Shown here piece by piece: positions 56,088 through 64,000 of a stretch of DNA of 64,000 nt. Within the stretch, counting starts at the first letter, position 1; each line of letters starts with the position of its first letter. The notes beneath the pieces were generated by a model. It saw only the letters and a list, made by a program, of their open reading frames with translations, did not search any database and had not been told where the DNA came from. The translations under genes and the position numbers were made by a program. The stretch comes from an uncultured Polyangiaceae bacterium. Lineage in GTDB: Bacteria > Acidobacteriota > Thermoanaerobaculia > Multivoradales > JAHEKO01. The stretch is taken from NCBI GenBank assembly GCA_964195975.1, contig CAXMQZ010000087.1, positions 747 through 64,746 of the forward strand, given 5' to 3'.

Positions 56088-58223
56088 ATGCGTCGCATGT
56101 TCCCAGTCGTAAGCCTAGTTGTTTGTACGGCCCTGACTCTTCACGCCCAAGAACTCGATGATCTGTTCAGCGCTGCCCGTAGTGGCGACGTAGATGGAGT
56201 GAGGTCTGCGATAGGCGACGGTGTATCGGTGGATTCGGTAGATCAATACGGCATCACGGCTCTATCGATGGCGGCAGGTAACGGACACCTCGAACTAGTC
56301 GAGTTCCTCCTCGACAAAGGTGCCGATCCCAATATCGCAGAGAGCTTCTACTACTCCTTAGCTCTAGAGTCCGCGCTCTTTTCCAACCACCTGGATGTGG
56401 TGGAACTCTTGCTCGAGAGGCGATCCGATGGGCGTGAAGCGGCCCTCGTGTTCGCCTTCGATCAGGACCTGCCTCTGCTGGCTCGCGCCGCGGTCGATAG
56501 TGGACCGATCTACCAATCCGACCTGGCCGATCTTCAAAAGAGAAAAGACCTCGATCCAAAGCTGGCCGAGATTCTCGCCGATGCAACCTCTCGACCTGAT
56601 CCCAAACCGCCCATCTACAGCGTCGACGAGCTTCATGCCCACACCGGTATCTTCGAGGGTTGGGATTCAGGCATTCGTGCGGAAGTAGCTTTACGCGAAC
56701 GATCGCTCCTGATCGGTATTGATGGTGAATCGATGCGGGAGCTCGTTCTCACAAGGGAGCGGCATTTTGAGACTGCCGATCGAGAGGTCGAAATCGTCTT
56801 CTTCGGACGGGCGGGTTTGATCGAAGGATTCCAGCTCTACCAGAGCGAGGCGGAGCCCGTAGGGCTGCGAAGAAGCGTGGCCGAGCCGGTGTCGGCCGCA
56901 AGCCTCGGTCTCGAATCGATATCGACTGAGCCGGTCGGTTCCCCGGTAGTGAACTGGCCGAGCTTTCGGGGCGACAACGGCTCCGGGATCGGGGACGGAG
57001 TCGACACTCCATCGAGCTGGAATCTCGACAGCGGTGAATCTATCCGATGGCGAATCGGGCTTCCGGGTCTAGGCAACTCCAGCCCAGTAATCTGGCAAGA
57101 AAAACTGTTTGTCACTACCGCTGTCGCCAAGGATGTCGAGCAGACCATTCGAACCGGTTTGACCGGTTCTGGTGAAGGGGTCGATGAGGCCGTTACCCAC
57201 CGTTGGATGGTGATGGCCTACGACAAAAACACGGGAGCCGCCCTTTGGGAGACCGAGGTGGGAACCGGGATCCCCCTGACTCAACGCCACTTCAAGGCAA
57301 CACAGGCCAACTCAACCCCTGCCACCGATGGCAAGCACCTCGTGGTGGTGTTCCCCACCGCGGGTCTGGCCTGTCTCGATCTCGCTGGGAATCTGCTTTG
57401 GAAACACGACCTGGGGGGGCTGAACGCGGGCGCATTCACCGACCCGAACATTCAGTGGGGCTACGCCAGCTCACCCATTATTCTCGATGACATGGCCATC
57501 CTCCAGGTCGACATCCAAGAGGATCCTTATTTAGCCGCGTGGGATCTCGAGACCGGCGAACAGCTCTGGAGAACCGACCGAGATGTCGCACCCTCGTGGG
57601 CTACGCCAAGTTTGTTGCAAGCGTCGACCGGAGATGAGTTGATCGTGAATGGCTCGACGATCCACGGCTACGATCCAAGAACAGGCAAGGAGCTGTGGAG
57701 CCTGGGTCCAAACTCCGAGCTCGTGATCGCAACACCGGTGGTGGGCGATGGTGTGGTCTATGTATCGGCCGGATATCCGCCGGTCAAACCGATCTATGCC
57801 GTCCGGGCAGGCACGAGGGGGGCTTACGAAGTCGAACCCGGAACCGATCACGACCAGCTGCTCTGGAGTCAACAGAGAGGTGGCGCCTATATGCCGTCTC
57901 CTCTTCTCTATCGCGGATTTCTATTTATCGTCCATCACAACGGACGTCTGGTTGTTTACGACGCCAAGACCGGAACACCGGTTTACAAGGGTCGGTTTTC
58001 CCAGGGTGGGGTTTTTACGGCATCTCCAATCGCTGTCAACGGAAAACTGTACGCTCCAACCGAGGAAGGTCTTCTCTATGTCTTGGACACAAGTCCCGAG
58101 TTCGGTGAGCTCGCGGTCAACGACATGGGTGAGCCTTTGATGGCTACTCCGGCGGTCTCGGAAGGGATTCTGGTAATCCGGACGCCGTCCCATCTGACCG
58201 CAATAGCCAACAAGTCGAAATGA
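56088..58223 (+). CDS. ankyrin-repeat + PQQ-like beta-propeller (BamB-like) secreted protein
   Basis: It has a signal peptide and 3-4 ankyrin repeats (..GITALSMAAGNGHLELVEFLLDKGADPN..). Multiple PQQ-like blades follow (..LWKHDLGG.., ..GEQLWRTD.., ..GKELWSLG..). Confidence 0.7.
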   Translation: MRRMFPVVSLVVCTALTLHAQELDDLFSAARSGDVDGVRSAIGDGVSVDSVDQYGITALSMAAGNGHLELVEFLLDKGADPNIAESFYYSLALESALFSNHLDVVELLLERRSDGREAALVFAFDQDLPLLARAAVDSGPIYQSDLADLQKRKDLDPKLAEILADATSRPDPKPPIYSVDELHAHTGIFEGWDSGIRAEVALRERSLLIGIDGESMRELVLTRERHFETADREVEIVFFGRAGLIEGFQLYQSEAEPVGLRRSVAEPVSAASLGLESISTEPVGSPVVNWPSFRGDNGSGIGDGVDTPSSWNLDSGESIRWRIGLPGLGNSSPVIWQEKLFVTTAVAKDVEQTIRTGLTGSGEGVDEAVTHRWMVMAYDKNTGAALWETEVGTGIPLTQRHFKATQANSTPATDGKHLVVVFPTAGLACLDLAGNLLWKHDLGGLNAGAFTDPNIQWGYASSPIILDDMAILQVDIQEDPYLAAWDLETGEQLWRTDRDVAPSWATPSLLQASTGDELIVNGSTIHGYDPRTGKELWSLGPNSELVIATPVVGDGVVYVSAGYPPVKPIYAVRAGTRGAYEVEPGTDHDQLLWSQQRGGAYMPSPLLYRGFLFIVHHNGRLVVYDAKTGTPVYKGRFSQGGVFTASPIAVNGKLYAPTEEGLLYVLDTSPEFGELAVNDMGEPLMATPAVSEGILVIRTPSHLTAIANKSK

Positions 58224-58238
58224 GATCAGGGGCTACAG

Positions 58239-59972
58239 CTAGGCTGGGACAAGGGTCGGGTAGACGGGGTCCCAAATCCATGACTCGACTCGTGATGCGA
58301 TCTCATCACCCGTAGCCGCGGGGGCAGATCCCGACTCGCAGGCCTGATTGGCAACGGCTTCGGCAATGACTGCCGACACTTCTCTGAGTCGACTCAAATT
58401 TGGATAGAGCTGTCCGGCCGCCAACTCCTCGGTTGTCACTTGGCTCGCGAGTGTCTTGGCCGCGACTGTGAACATCGCGTCAGTAACCTCGGTAGCTGCT
58501 ACCGAGAGGGCTCCTAGACCAACCCCGGGGAAAATAAACACATTATTGCCCTGTCCGATTCTGTGGGTTCTGCCTTCGTATTCAACCGGATCGAAAGGGC
58601 TTCCGGTGGCAACAACGGCGCGACCCAGGGTCCACTCGATCAGATCCGCAGGCCTGGCCTCGGAGTTGGCAGTGGGATTGGAGAAGGGGAAAATCATCGG
58701 TCGGTCGACGGCCGTCGCCATGGTTCGGATGATCTCCTCGCCAAACGCCCCCGGCTGGCCGGACGTCCCGATAAGCACTGTGGGGCGAAGGACGCGAACC
58801 GTATCGGCAAGGTCGTATCCTTCGCGACCCTCGAGACCCAGACGCTGGCCGGCTTCGAGAGGAAACGAGAAGTCCTCTTTGTACTCGTCACCTTCACGGT
58901 ACTCTCGACCCTCGATAAGAAGTCCCCGGCTATCCAGAAGGGCCAACCTCGTCGCAATTTCGGCCCGAGTCAACCCCTCCTGAGCCAGGAAAGTTCGAAT
59001 CTGCTTGGCTATTCCCACTCCGGCAGCACCTGCCCCGAGAATGACAAACCGATGGTCAGCAAGAGGCACTTCGGTCGCGCGGACGCCTGCTAGAACCCCA
59101 GCAACGGCGACAGCCGCTGTTCCCTGAATATCGTCGTTGAATGACAACAGCTGGTGACGGTACCTCTCGAGAATACGCATCGCGTTGACCTTCTTGAAGT
59201 CCTCCCACTGAAGAAGGGCACGCGGATAGAGCGTCTTGACTGCCGATACGAATTCATCAACCAGAGAGTCGTACTCCTCGCCTCGGCACCTTGGATGTCG
59301 CCAACCGATATAGAGGTCGTCTTGCAGCAACGACTCGTTGTCGGTGCCAACATCCAGACACACGGGCAAAGTCCGACTCGGATGGATTCCCGCACCTACG
59401 GTATACAACGCAAGTTTGCCAATAGGTATGCCCATGCCGCCCGCGCCCTGGTCACCAAGGCCCAGGATCCGCTCGCCGTCGGTCACAACGATGAGTCGCA
59501 CGTCGCTGCACTCGGCATTGCCGAGGATGTCCTTGATCCGCCCCTTGTGTTCGGGCGTGATCCAAATGCCCCGCGCCCGTCTGAAAATATGGCTGTACCG
59601 TTGTGTGGCGAGACCGACGATCGGCGTGTAGACGATCGGTAGGAACTCTTCGAGGTTTTCGCTCAACAGGCGATAAAAGAGAGTCTCATTGCGATCCTGA
59701 AGGGCGACGAGGCCGATGTATTTCTCGAGAGGATCGGTCTTTCGGTCGATACTGCTGAAGTTGCGCTCGACTTGCTGAGCCATCGAGCTGACCATGTTCG
59801 GCAACAGCCCTTCCAGATCGAAGACTCGTCGTTCCTCGAGAGTGAAACCAGTGCCCTTGTTCAAGAGAGGATTGTGAAGGAGAGCTGCCCCTCTCTCGCG
59901 TACCTCGATCGGTTCGGACTCTCTCGCTTTCTTGCTCATGTCGCTGGCCATGGTCGTCTCCTCAAGGCGCAA
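58239..59972 (-). CDS. NAD(P)-dependent malic enzyme
   Basis: The 577 aa product contains ..NKGTGFTLEER.., Rossmann motifs ..VILGAGAAGVGIA.. and ..FNDDIQGTAAV... Confidence 0.85.
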   Translation of the reverse strand: MRLEETTMASDMSKKARESEPIEVRERGAALLHNPLLNKGTGFTLEERRVFDLEGLLPNMVSSMAQQVERNFSSIDRKTDPLEKYIGLVALQDRNETLFYRLLSENLEEFLPIVYTPIVGLATQRYSHIFRRARGIWITPEHKGRIKDILGNAECSDVRLIVVTDGERILGLGDQGAGGMGIPIGKLALYTVGAGIHPSRTLPVCLDVGTDNESLLQDDLYIGWRHPRCRGEEYDSLVDEFVSAVKTLYPRALLQWEDFKKVNAMRILERYRHQLLSFNDDIQGTAAVAVAGVLAGVRATEVPLADHRFVILGAGAAGVGIAKQIRTFLAQEGLTRAEIATRLALLDSRGLLIEGREYREGDEYKEDFSFPLEAGQRLGLEGREGYDLADTVRVLRPTVLIGTSGQPGAFGEEIIRTMATAVDRPMIFPFSNPTANSEARPADLIEWTLGRAVVATGSPFDPVEYEGRTHRIGQGNNVFIFPGVGLGALSVAATEVTDAMFTVAAKTLASQVTTEELAAGQLYPNLSRLREVSAVIAEAVANQACESGSAPAATGDEIASRVESWIWDPVYPTLVPA

Positions 59973-60031
59973 TCATACGGCGAAACACCGGATCTCGAAG
60001 CTAGGAGTAAACTCGTCGCTGAACCCGACCA

Positions 60032-61507
60032 TTGAAACAAAAGGAGAACCCTATGGATTATCCACGCAGACAGCTCTTGAAGGGCGCCGGCTTGGCACTC
60101 ATGGGCACTGGTTTTCTGGGTCGATACGACCAGGTCGCAGCGGCTCAGGCAGGGCCGATGTCCTTGACCGACAGTCTAAAGGCGCAAGCTGGAGGAGACA
60201 GCAACAAGCTGCTTCTAGGTCCTCAACCGGGCGAGGAGGGTCCACCCGAACCAGCCGACTACGACCGGCTACCGCTCGAATGGAACAAACGAGTGGTCTC
60301 CAACCTGAAAATGAAACTCGCGGCACGCGACATCGACGCGTTTCTGGTCAGAGACAAGCTCAACATCATCTATCTCACCGGCTACTGGCACACTACAACC
60401 GAGCGTCCGCAAGCAACGTTCATGAACAAAGACGATATGGACCCCTGGTTTCTCTATCCTGGATTGGACCGTGACATCGTCAAATCCTGGTGGTTTGGCG
60501 ACGGTCGAATGTACTTCGACTTCCAGCATGCCGACGGGGGTTTTCCCAACGAAGGAAAAGTCCTGCAGGGTGCCACAGTAGATCTGTTCAGATTCATGCT
60601 CGAAGGCATCAAAGAACATGGTATCCAGGGCTCTAGAATCGGTGTTGACGGCGAGCTCTATCCGTCTCAGATTGCGAAGTGGGACGAAATCCTTCCTGGG
60701 GTCGAATGGGTCGACATCTCGGATGTTCTGATGAAGATGCGTCAAGTCAAGACACCCGAGGAGCTCGCTCTGTGGAGAAGAGCCTACGTCTACTTCGACC
60801 AGGCCCACGCATTCGCCCGCGACTACATCTTGACTCACGGCACAGACATAACCGACTACGAGGTCGGTGTCGCAACCGAGCTCTACATCAACGATCGTCT
60901 GTATTCAGATCTGGATCTGGCTGGTGGTGCGCCCCATCATGGAGTCCAAAGCGGTGTCGGAATCGGGGTTCGAGCTGGCGAGGTGACAGGCTATCCCCAC
61001 CCCAACCAGCCCTATTTCAACAAGATTGGCAAAGGGATGGCCTTGCAAGTGGCGGGAGGGGCACGCATCGGCGGCTATGGGCACGAGAACTACAGGCCCT
61101 ACATCATTGCCGACAACGCCGGTCAATTCGACTCGCATATGCAGAAGCTCTGGGAAGTCAGCAAACACACTTGCGATATGCAGATGGAGCTGTCAGTCGA
61201 AGGAGTTACCTGCTCGCATGTCGCCTACCAGATTCACAAGTATCAGGTTGAACAGGGTGTTCAGCAGTATATTTACCACCGACCGGCCCATGGTGCGGGG
61301 ACCGAGGGTCATCAGTCGCCCTACATCGCACTGGGCGATTTCACCATGCTCGAGCGGAACATGACTTTTTCCGAGGAGCCCGGCCTCTATGACCCTGAGA
61401 ACGGTTGTGGCTTCAACTGGAGTGACACCGTGGTCGTCGGTCGCAAATCGGGATACCGGATGAGCCGCGTACCCTACTCCAAAGAGTGGTGCTGGATAAA
61501 ACTTTAG
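60032..61507 (+). CDS. Tat-exported M24-family metallopeptidase (Xaa-Pro aminopeptidase/creatinase-like)
   Basis: A twin-arginine motif (RRQLLKGAG) is present. The pita-bread fold reads ..HGVG.E.H....FSEEPGLY. Confidence 0.7.
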   Translation: MKQKENPMDYPRRQLLKGAGLALMGTGFLGRYDQVAAAQAGPMSLTDSLKAQAGGDSNKLLLGPQPGEEGPPEPADYDRLPLEWNKRVVSNLKMKLAARDIDAFLVRDKLNIIYLTGYWHTTTERPQATFMNKDDMDPWFLYPGLDRDIVKSWWFGDGRMYFDFQHADGGFPNEGKVLQGATVDLFRFMLEGIKEHGIQGSRIGVDGELYPSQIAKWDEILPGVEWVDISDVLMKMRQVKTPEELALWRRAYVYFDQAHAFARDYILTHGTDITDYEVGVATELYINDRLYSDLDLAGGAPHHGVQSGVGIGVRAGEVTGYPHPNQPYFNKIGKGMALQVAGGARIGGYGHENYRPYIIADNAGQFDSHMQKLWEVSKHTCDMQMELSVEGVTCSHVAYQIHKYQVEQGVQQYIYHRPAHGAGTEGHQSPYIALGDFTMLERNMTFSEEPGLYDPENGCGFNWSDTVVVGRKSGYRMSRVPYSKEWCWIKL

Positions 61508-61542
61508 CCTGAGCTCGGCCCTCTACAAAAAACCGACCCTGG

Positions 61543-62445
61543 ATGACTCGACACCCTAGACCTGCAAACCCTCTTACTCCTTTTTGGTACGCAAGGAGCT
61601 TCCTCGCGGTAGCGTGCGTGTCGCTCCTTACGTTGGCCGAGTTGATCGGTGCCCCAGCACTCCAGGCGCAGGAGGCGTCCGAAATCTCCACTCCGCCTGA
61701 TGTAGAGGCGATCATCGAGCAGATCCTCGAGCTCCGCGACCAACTCGACGCCCTGCTGGCGACGTTGCCACCTGAGCTTAGAGAAGAGGTCGAGCGCCAA
61801 TGGAAAACCAGGCTCGAGGCGAAAGAGCGAAGCGAGACGCCTCAGGTCTCACCGTCAGTTCCCGACGAATTCGAGGCCGAATCAGCTGAGCTCCCCTCCG
61901 CCCCCGAAGAGCCTGATCTGTTGGGCCGAGAAGCTCGTGAGACCACCGAGCTTGTAGACCAGATCGACCCCGAAAGCCCTGCTTCTCCCCCAGAGCCGGA
62001 GCCGGCCGCCGTGCAGACCTGCGTCCATCTGGCCGCCTTTGACACCAACGATGACGGAGTGGTGTCGGCGGGCGACAGATATTGGCGTTATTTGCGATTG
62101 TGGACCGATAACGGTAACGGTACTGTCGACGAAGAGCTCGAGATCAAGTCGCTCTTTGCGCTGGAGATTCAGGAGATTCGGATCGAGCTCGACTACTACG
62201 GACTACCGAATAATGTGTCTGGAGACATCAGGGTGGGCGATGACCTACAGCTTGTTATTGTCGATCCAAAACGAAACTCGACCTCTTACGCCACCTTGGT
62301 CGTGCAAGCAGGGCGGATGGCCAGGGGTGGGAATATCTGGCTAGCGGATCACTCCGGCCAGGTGCTCAGTGGCTATCAAACGGTGGGACCCGCGATTATC
62401 GCGGAGACGCAAGACGGCAAGCGCCTGCCGCTGGTGTGTCCATAA
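61543..62445 (+). CDS. secreted hypothetical protein with acidic, Pro-rich linker
   Basis: The 300 aa ORF has an N-terminal hydrophobic segment. No recognisable domain was found. Confidence 0.4.
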   Translation: MTRHPRPANPLTPFWYARSFLAVACVSLLTLAELIGAPALQAQEASEISTPPDVEAIIEQILELRDQLDALLATLPPELREEVERQWKTRLEAKERSETPQVSPSVPDEFEAESAELPSAPEEPDLLGREARETTELVDQIDPESPASPPEPEPAAVQTCVHLAAFDTNDDGVVSAGDRYWRYLRLWTDNGNGTVDEELEIKSLFALEIQEIRIELDYYGLPNNVSGDIRVGDDLQLVIVDPKRNSTSYATLVVQAGRMARGGNIWLADHSGQVLSGYQTVGPAIIAETQDGKRLPLVCP

Positions 62446-62564
62446 CAGCCCACAAAGCCTGTCGAAGGGCTTGAAATGGTCGAGCGTCTGCTATCGTTAC
62501 CTGGCTGTCAGTAGTGAGCTGTCAGCTCCTTGATAGCATTTCCCACTCGACAAGGTTTGCTCTC

Positions 62565-63011
62565 ATGAAGTATCTACTCTCCCTATCATTGCTGGCGCTT
62601 GTTGCCTGCACCAGCGATGGGCCAAGATTTACCCCCGAAAAGCTCGACATGCTGACCCTGCAGGGAGGCATGCCGGACGAGGGCGTGACCTTCGATCGGC
62701 AAGCCTTTACGGTGACCGAAAGCGGAACAGTCCAGTTCGAGATGACGACCCTCGAAGCAAGGAACGCTGTTACCGGTGTCCTTTTCGAAGACGCCGCTCT
62801 GATCGTGAACTTTGGCTCTCCCGGAATCGACATAGCGGGCGATCCGACCTGCCTGATCACCGTCACCAATTTCATGGGACAAGGCGACACCTTCTCCCTG
62901 GGCTTGAGACCAAGCCTCTATTGTCTGGTGCTGATTCGACCCAGCGAAATCGTCATCCCCACTTCGGCGATCATCGAGTACACGATGACGTTGACCGGCG
63001 CCTTCTCCTGA
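62565..63011 (+). CDS. lipoprotein (hypothetical)
   Basis: Starts MKYLLSLSLLALVAC, a lipobox (LVAC). Confidence 0.45.
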   Translation: MKYLLSLSLLALVACTSDGPRFTPEKLDMLTLQGGMPDEGVTFDRQAFTVTESGTVQFEMTTLEARNAVTGVLFEDAALIVNFGSPGIDIAGDPTCLITVTNFMGQGDTFSLGLRPSLYCLVLIRPSEIVIPTSAIIEYTMTLTGAFS

Positions 63012-63132
63012 GCCCAAGAAAATTGACGCCCCCCTCACCGCCGGGTTGTGACATAGGCGACATACCCTGGTAGGATCCAACTACGTTTGTACTTTGAATA
63101 GGAGTAGGGTCGTTCGAGAACCGATTGATAAT

Positions 63133-63185
63133 TCGCGTTTTTTCGATGGTTGCGTTTCTTTGATGGTAGCGTTTCTTTGATGAAG
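63133..63185. repeat. three imperfect tandem copies of a ~17-bp motif (CGCGTTTTTTCGATGG / TGCGTTTCTTTGATGG / AGCGTTTCTTTGATGA)
   Basis: Seen directly in the sequence. It ends about 10 bp upstream of the sortase ORF start. Confidence 0.6.
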
Positions 63186-63196
63186 GTGTAGCTCAA

Positions 63197-63952
63197 TTGA
63201 AGTGGCTAAAGGTAACCGAATACGTCGCTTGGGCGGTGGGCTTCGCCCTGCTGGGCTTCTATGTCGCCGCACGAAGCCAAAGCGCGTCCACCCGAGCAGG
63301 TGACATCGAGAAATTCAACCAGGCCAAAGCTGCCATCTCCTCAGGGTCGCCGTCAGCTCCTGAGTCGATCGCGGCCGGCCCTGTCGCCGCACCTCTATCC
63401 ACCTCGACGTCGATTGCGCCGGCTAGAAGTCTGCCCGACACTGCACCGTTTGATTTCACCCTGTGGGCGGAGGGCCGGATCAAAAAGTACGAGGAAAGTC
63501 TCGAGGCCGAGCTCGGTCTACCGATGGCAATCCTCCGGGTTCCAGAGCTAGATCTGGAAGTGCCGGTCCTCGAAGGGACTGACCATGTGGTTCTCGACCG
63601 AGCGGTGGGAAGAATCGCGGGAACCGTGCGACCTGGTGAAGTCGGAAACTCGGGAATCGCCGGCCATCGCGACGGTATTTTCCGAGGACTCAAAGACATC
63701 GATTTAGGCGACGTTATCGAAGTGGAGACCCTGACTGGCATTTCTTCCTTTGAAATCGATAAAATCTCCATCGTCAGTCCAACGCAGGTGGAAGTCTTGG
63801 AACCAACACCGGAGCCTGTAATTACACTTGTGACTTGTTATCCGTTCTACTTTGTTGGCAAAGCGCCCCAACGGTACATCGTGAGGGCTTCGCTTAAGCA
63901 ACCTGTAAGTGTTCAAGCTGCTCTAACCGATGCGAGGGTATCGGTTGACTAG
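63197..63952 (+). CDS. sortase-family transpeptidase (diderm-type, class 6-like)
   Basis: An N-terminal TM helix is followed by a conserved His (..IAGHRDG..). The catalytic motif TLxTC is present as ITLVTCYPF, and an Arg lies downstream (..YIVRA..). Confidence 0.7.
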   Translation: MKWLKVTEYVAWAVGFALLGFYVAARSQSASTRAGDIEKFNQAKAAISSGSPSAPESIAAGPVAAPLSTSTSIAPARSLPDTAPFDFTLWAEGRIKKYEESLEAELGLPMAILRVPELDLEVPVLEGTDHVVLDRAVGRIAGTVRPGEVGNSGIAGHRDGIFRGLKDIDLGDVIEVETLTGISSFEIDKISIVSPTQVEVLEPTPEPVITLVTCYPFYFVGKAPQRYIVRASLKQPVSVQAALTDARVSVD

Positions 63953-64000
63953 GCTCGAGGCTGGCTGAATCGAGCTGTTCGGCCGGCGATCGCTTTCAGG

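Noticed and set aside
1-64000. CRISPR arrays
   Set aside because: No series of regularly spaced direct repeats was observed. The only tandem repeats are the 17-bp triplet at 63133-63185 and coding low-complexity repeats.

Overview
This is a 64 kb high-GC (roughly 60%) window from a diderm (Gram-negative-type) bacterium, and it is almost entirely protein-coding. The diderm call rests on LptD, LPS heptose enzymes, a Tat signal peptide and lipoprotein signals. The gene mix (many Ser/Thr-kinase, FHA, PEGA and FGE-sulfatase proteins) suggests an Acidobacteriota- or Myxococcota-like organism, but phylum cannot be assigned from sequence alone.

Housekeeping content:
- LPS-assembly protein LptD and a thiolase.
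- RuvX and MltG.
- An ECF sigma factor, a zinc anti-sigma factor and a Cys-less thioredoxin-fold protein.
- An 11-gene complex I operon, nuoABCDHIJKLMN, with no nuoEFG.
- A MidA/NDUFAF7-like methyltransferase immediately upstream of nuoA.
- ADP-heptose synthesis genes (separate HldE kinase and adenylyltransferase ORFs) plus a family-9 heptosyltransferase.
- A PilB/GspE-like secretion ATPase with no partner genes.
- A PduO-type cobalamin adenosyltransferase, a PabB-PabC fusion and a malic enzyme.

Accessory content:
- An intact IS481-family insertion sequence (8000-9045) with imperfect terminal inverted repeats and CCTAG direct repeats. It sits between a gene stop codon and a perfect 21-bp hairpin.
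- A LemA-TPM-TPM cassette.
- An alpha/beta hydrolase carrying EF-hand loops.
- A large FG-GAP beta-propeller protein.
- An ankyrin-PQQ propeller protein.
- A sortase preceded by 17-bp tandem repeats.

The most interesting region is a 14.6 kb block of 12 co-directional, tightly packed or overlapping genes on the minus strand (39179-53750). It combines two modules:
- Upstream, the rarely studied triad of RimK-like ATP-grasp ligase, inactive transglutaminase fused to 7 transmembrane helices, and retropepsin-like protease.
- Downstream, a MotA/ExbB-type proton-channel protein; two ExbD/TolR-like single-pass proteins whose periplasmic parts are coiled-coil plus von Willebrand A (vWA) domains; an Hsp70/actin-fold protein fused to an FHA domain; a giant FHA-TM-PEGA-FGE-sulfatase protein; a Hanks-type Ser/Thr kinase; and secreted or lipoprotein partners.
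This looks like an undescribed energised envelope machine under Ser/Thr-kinase and FHA control.

No rRNA, tRNA or CRISPR array was found.
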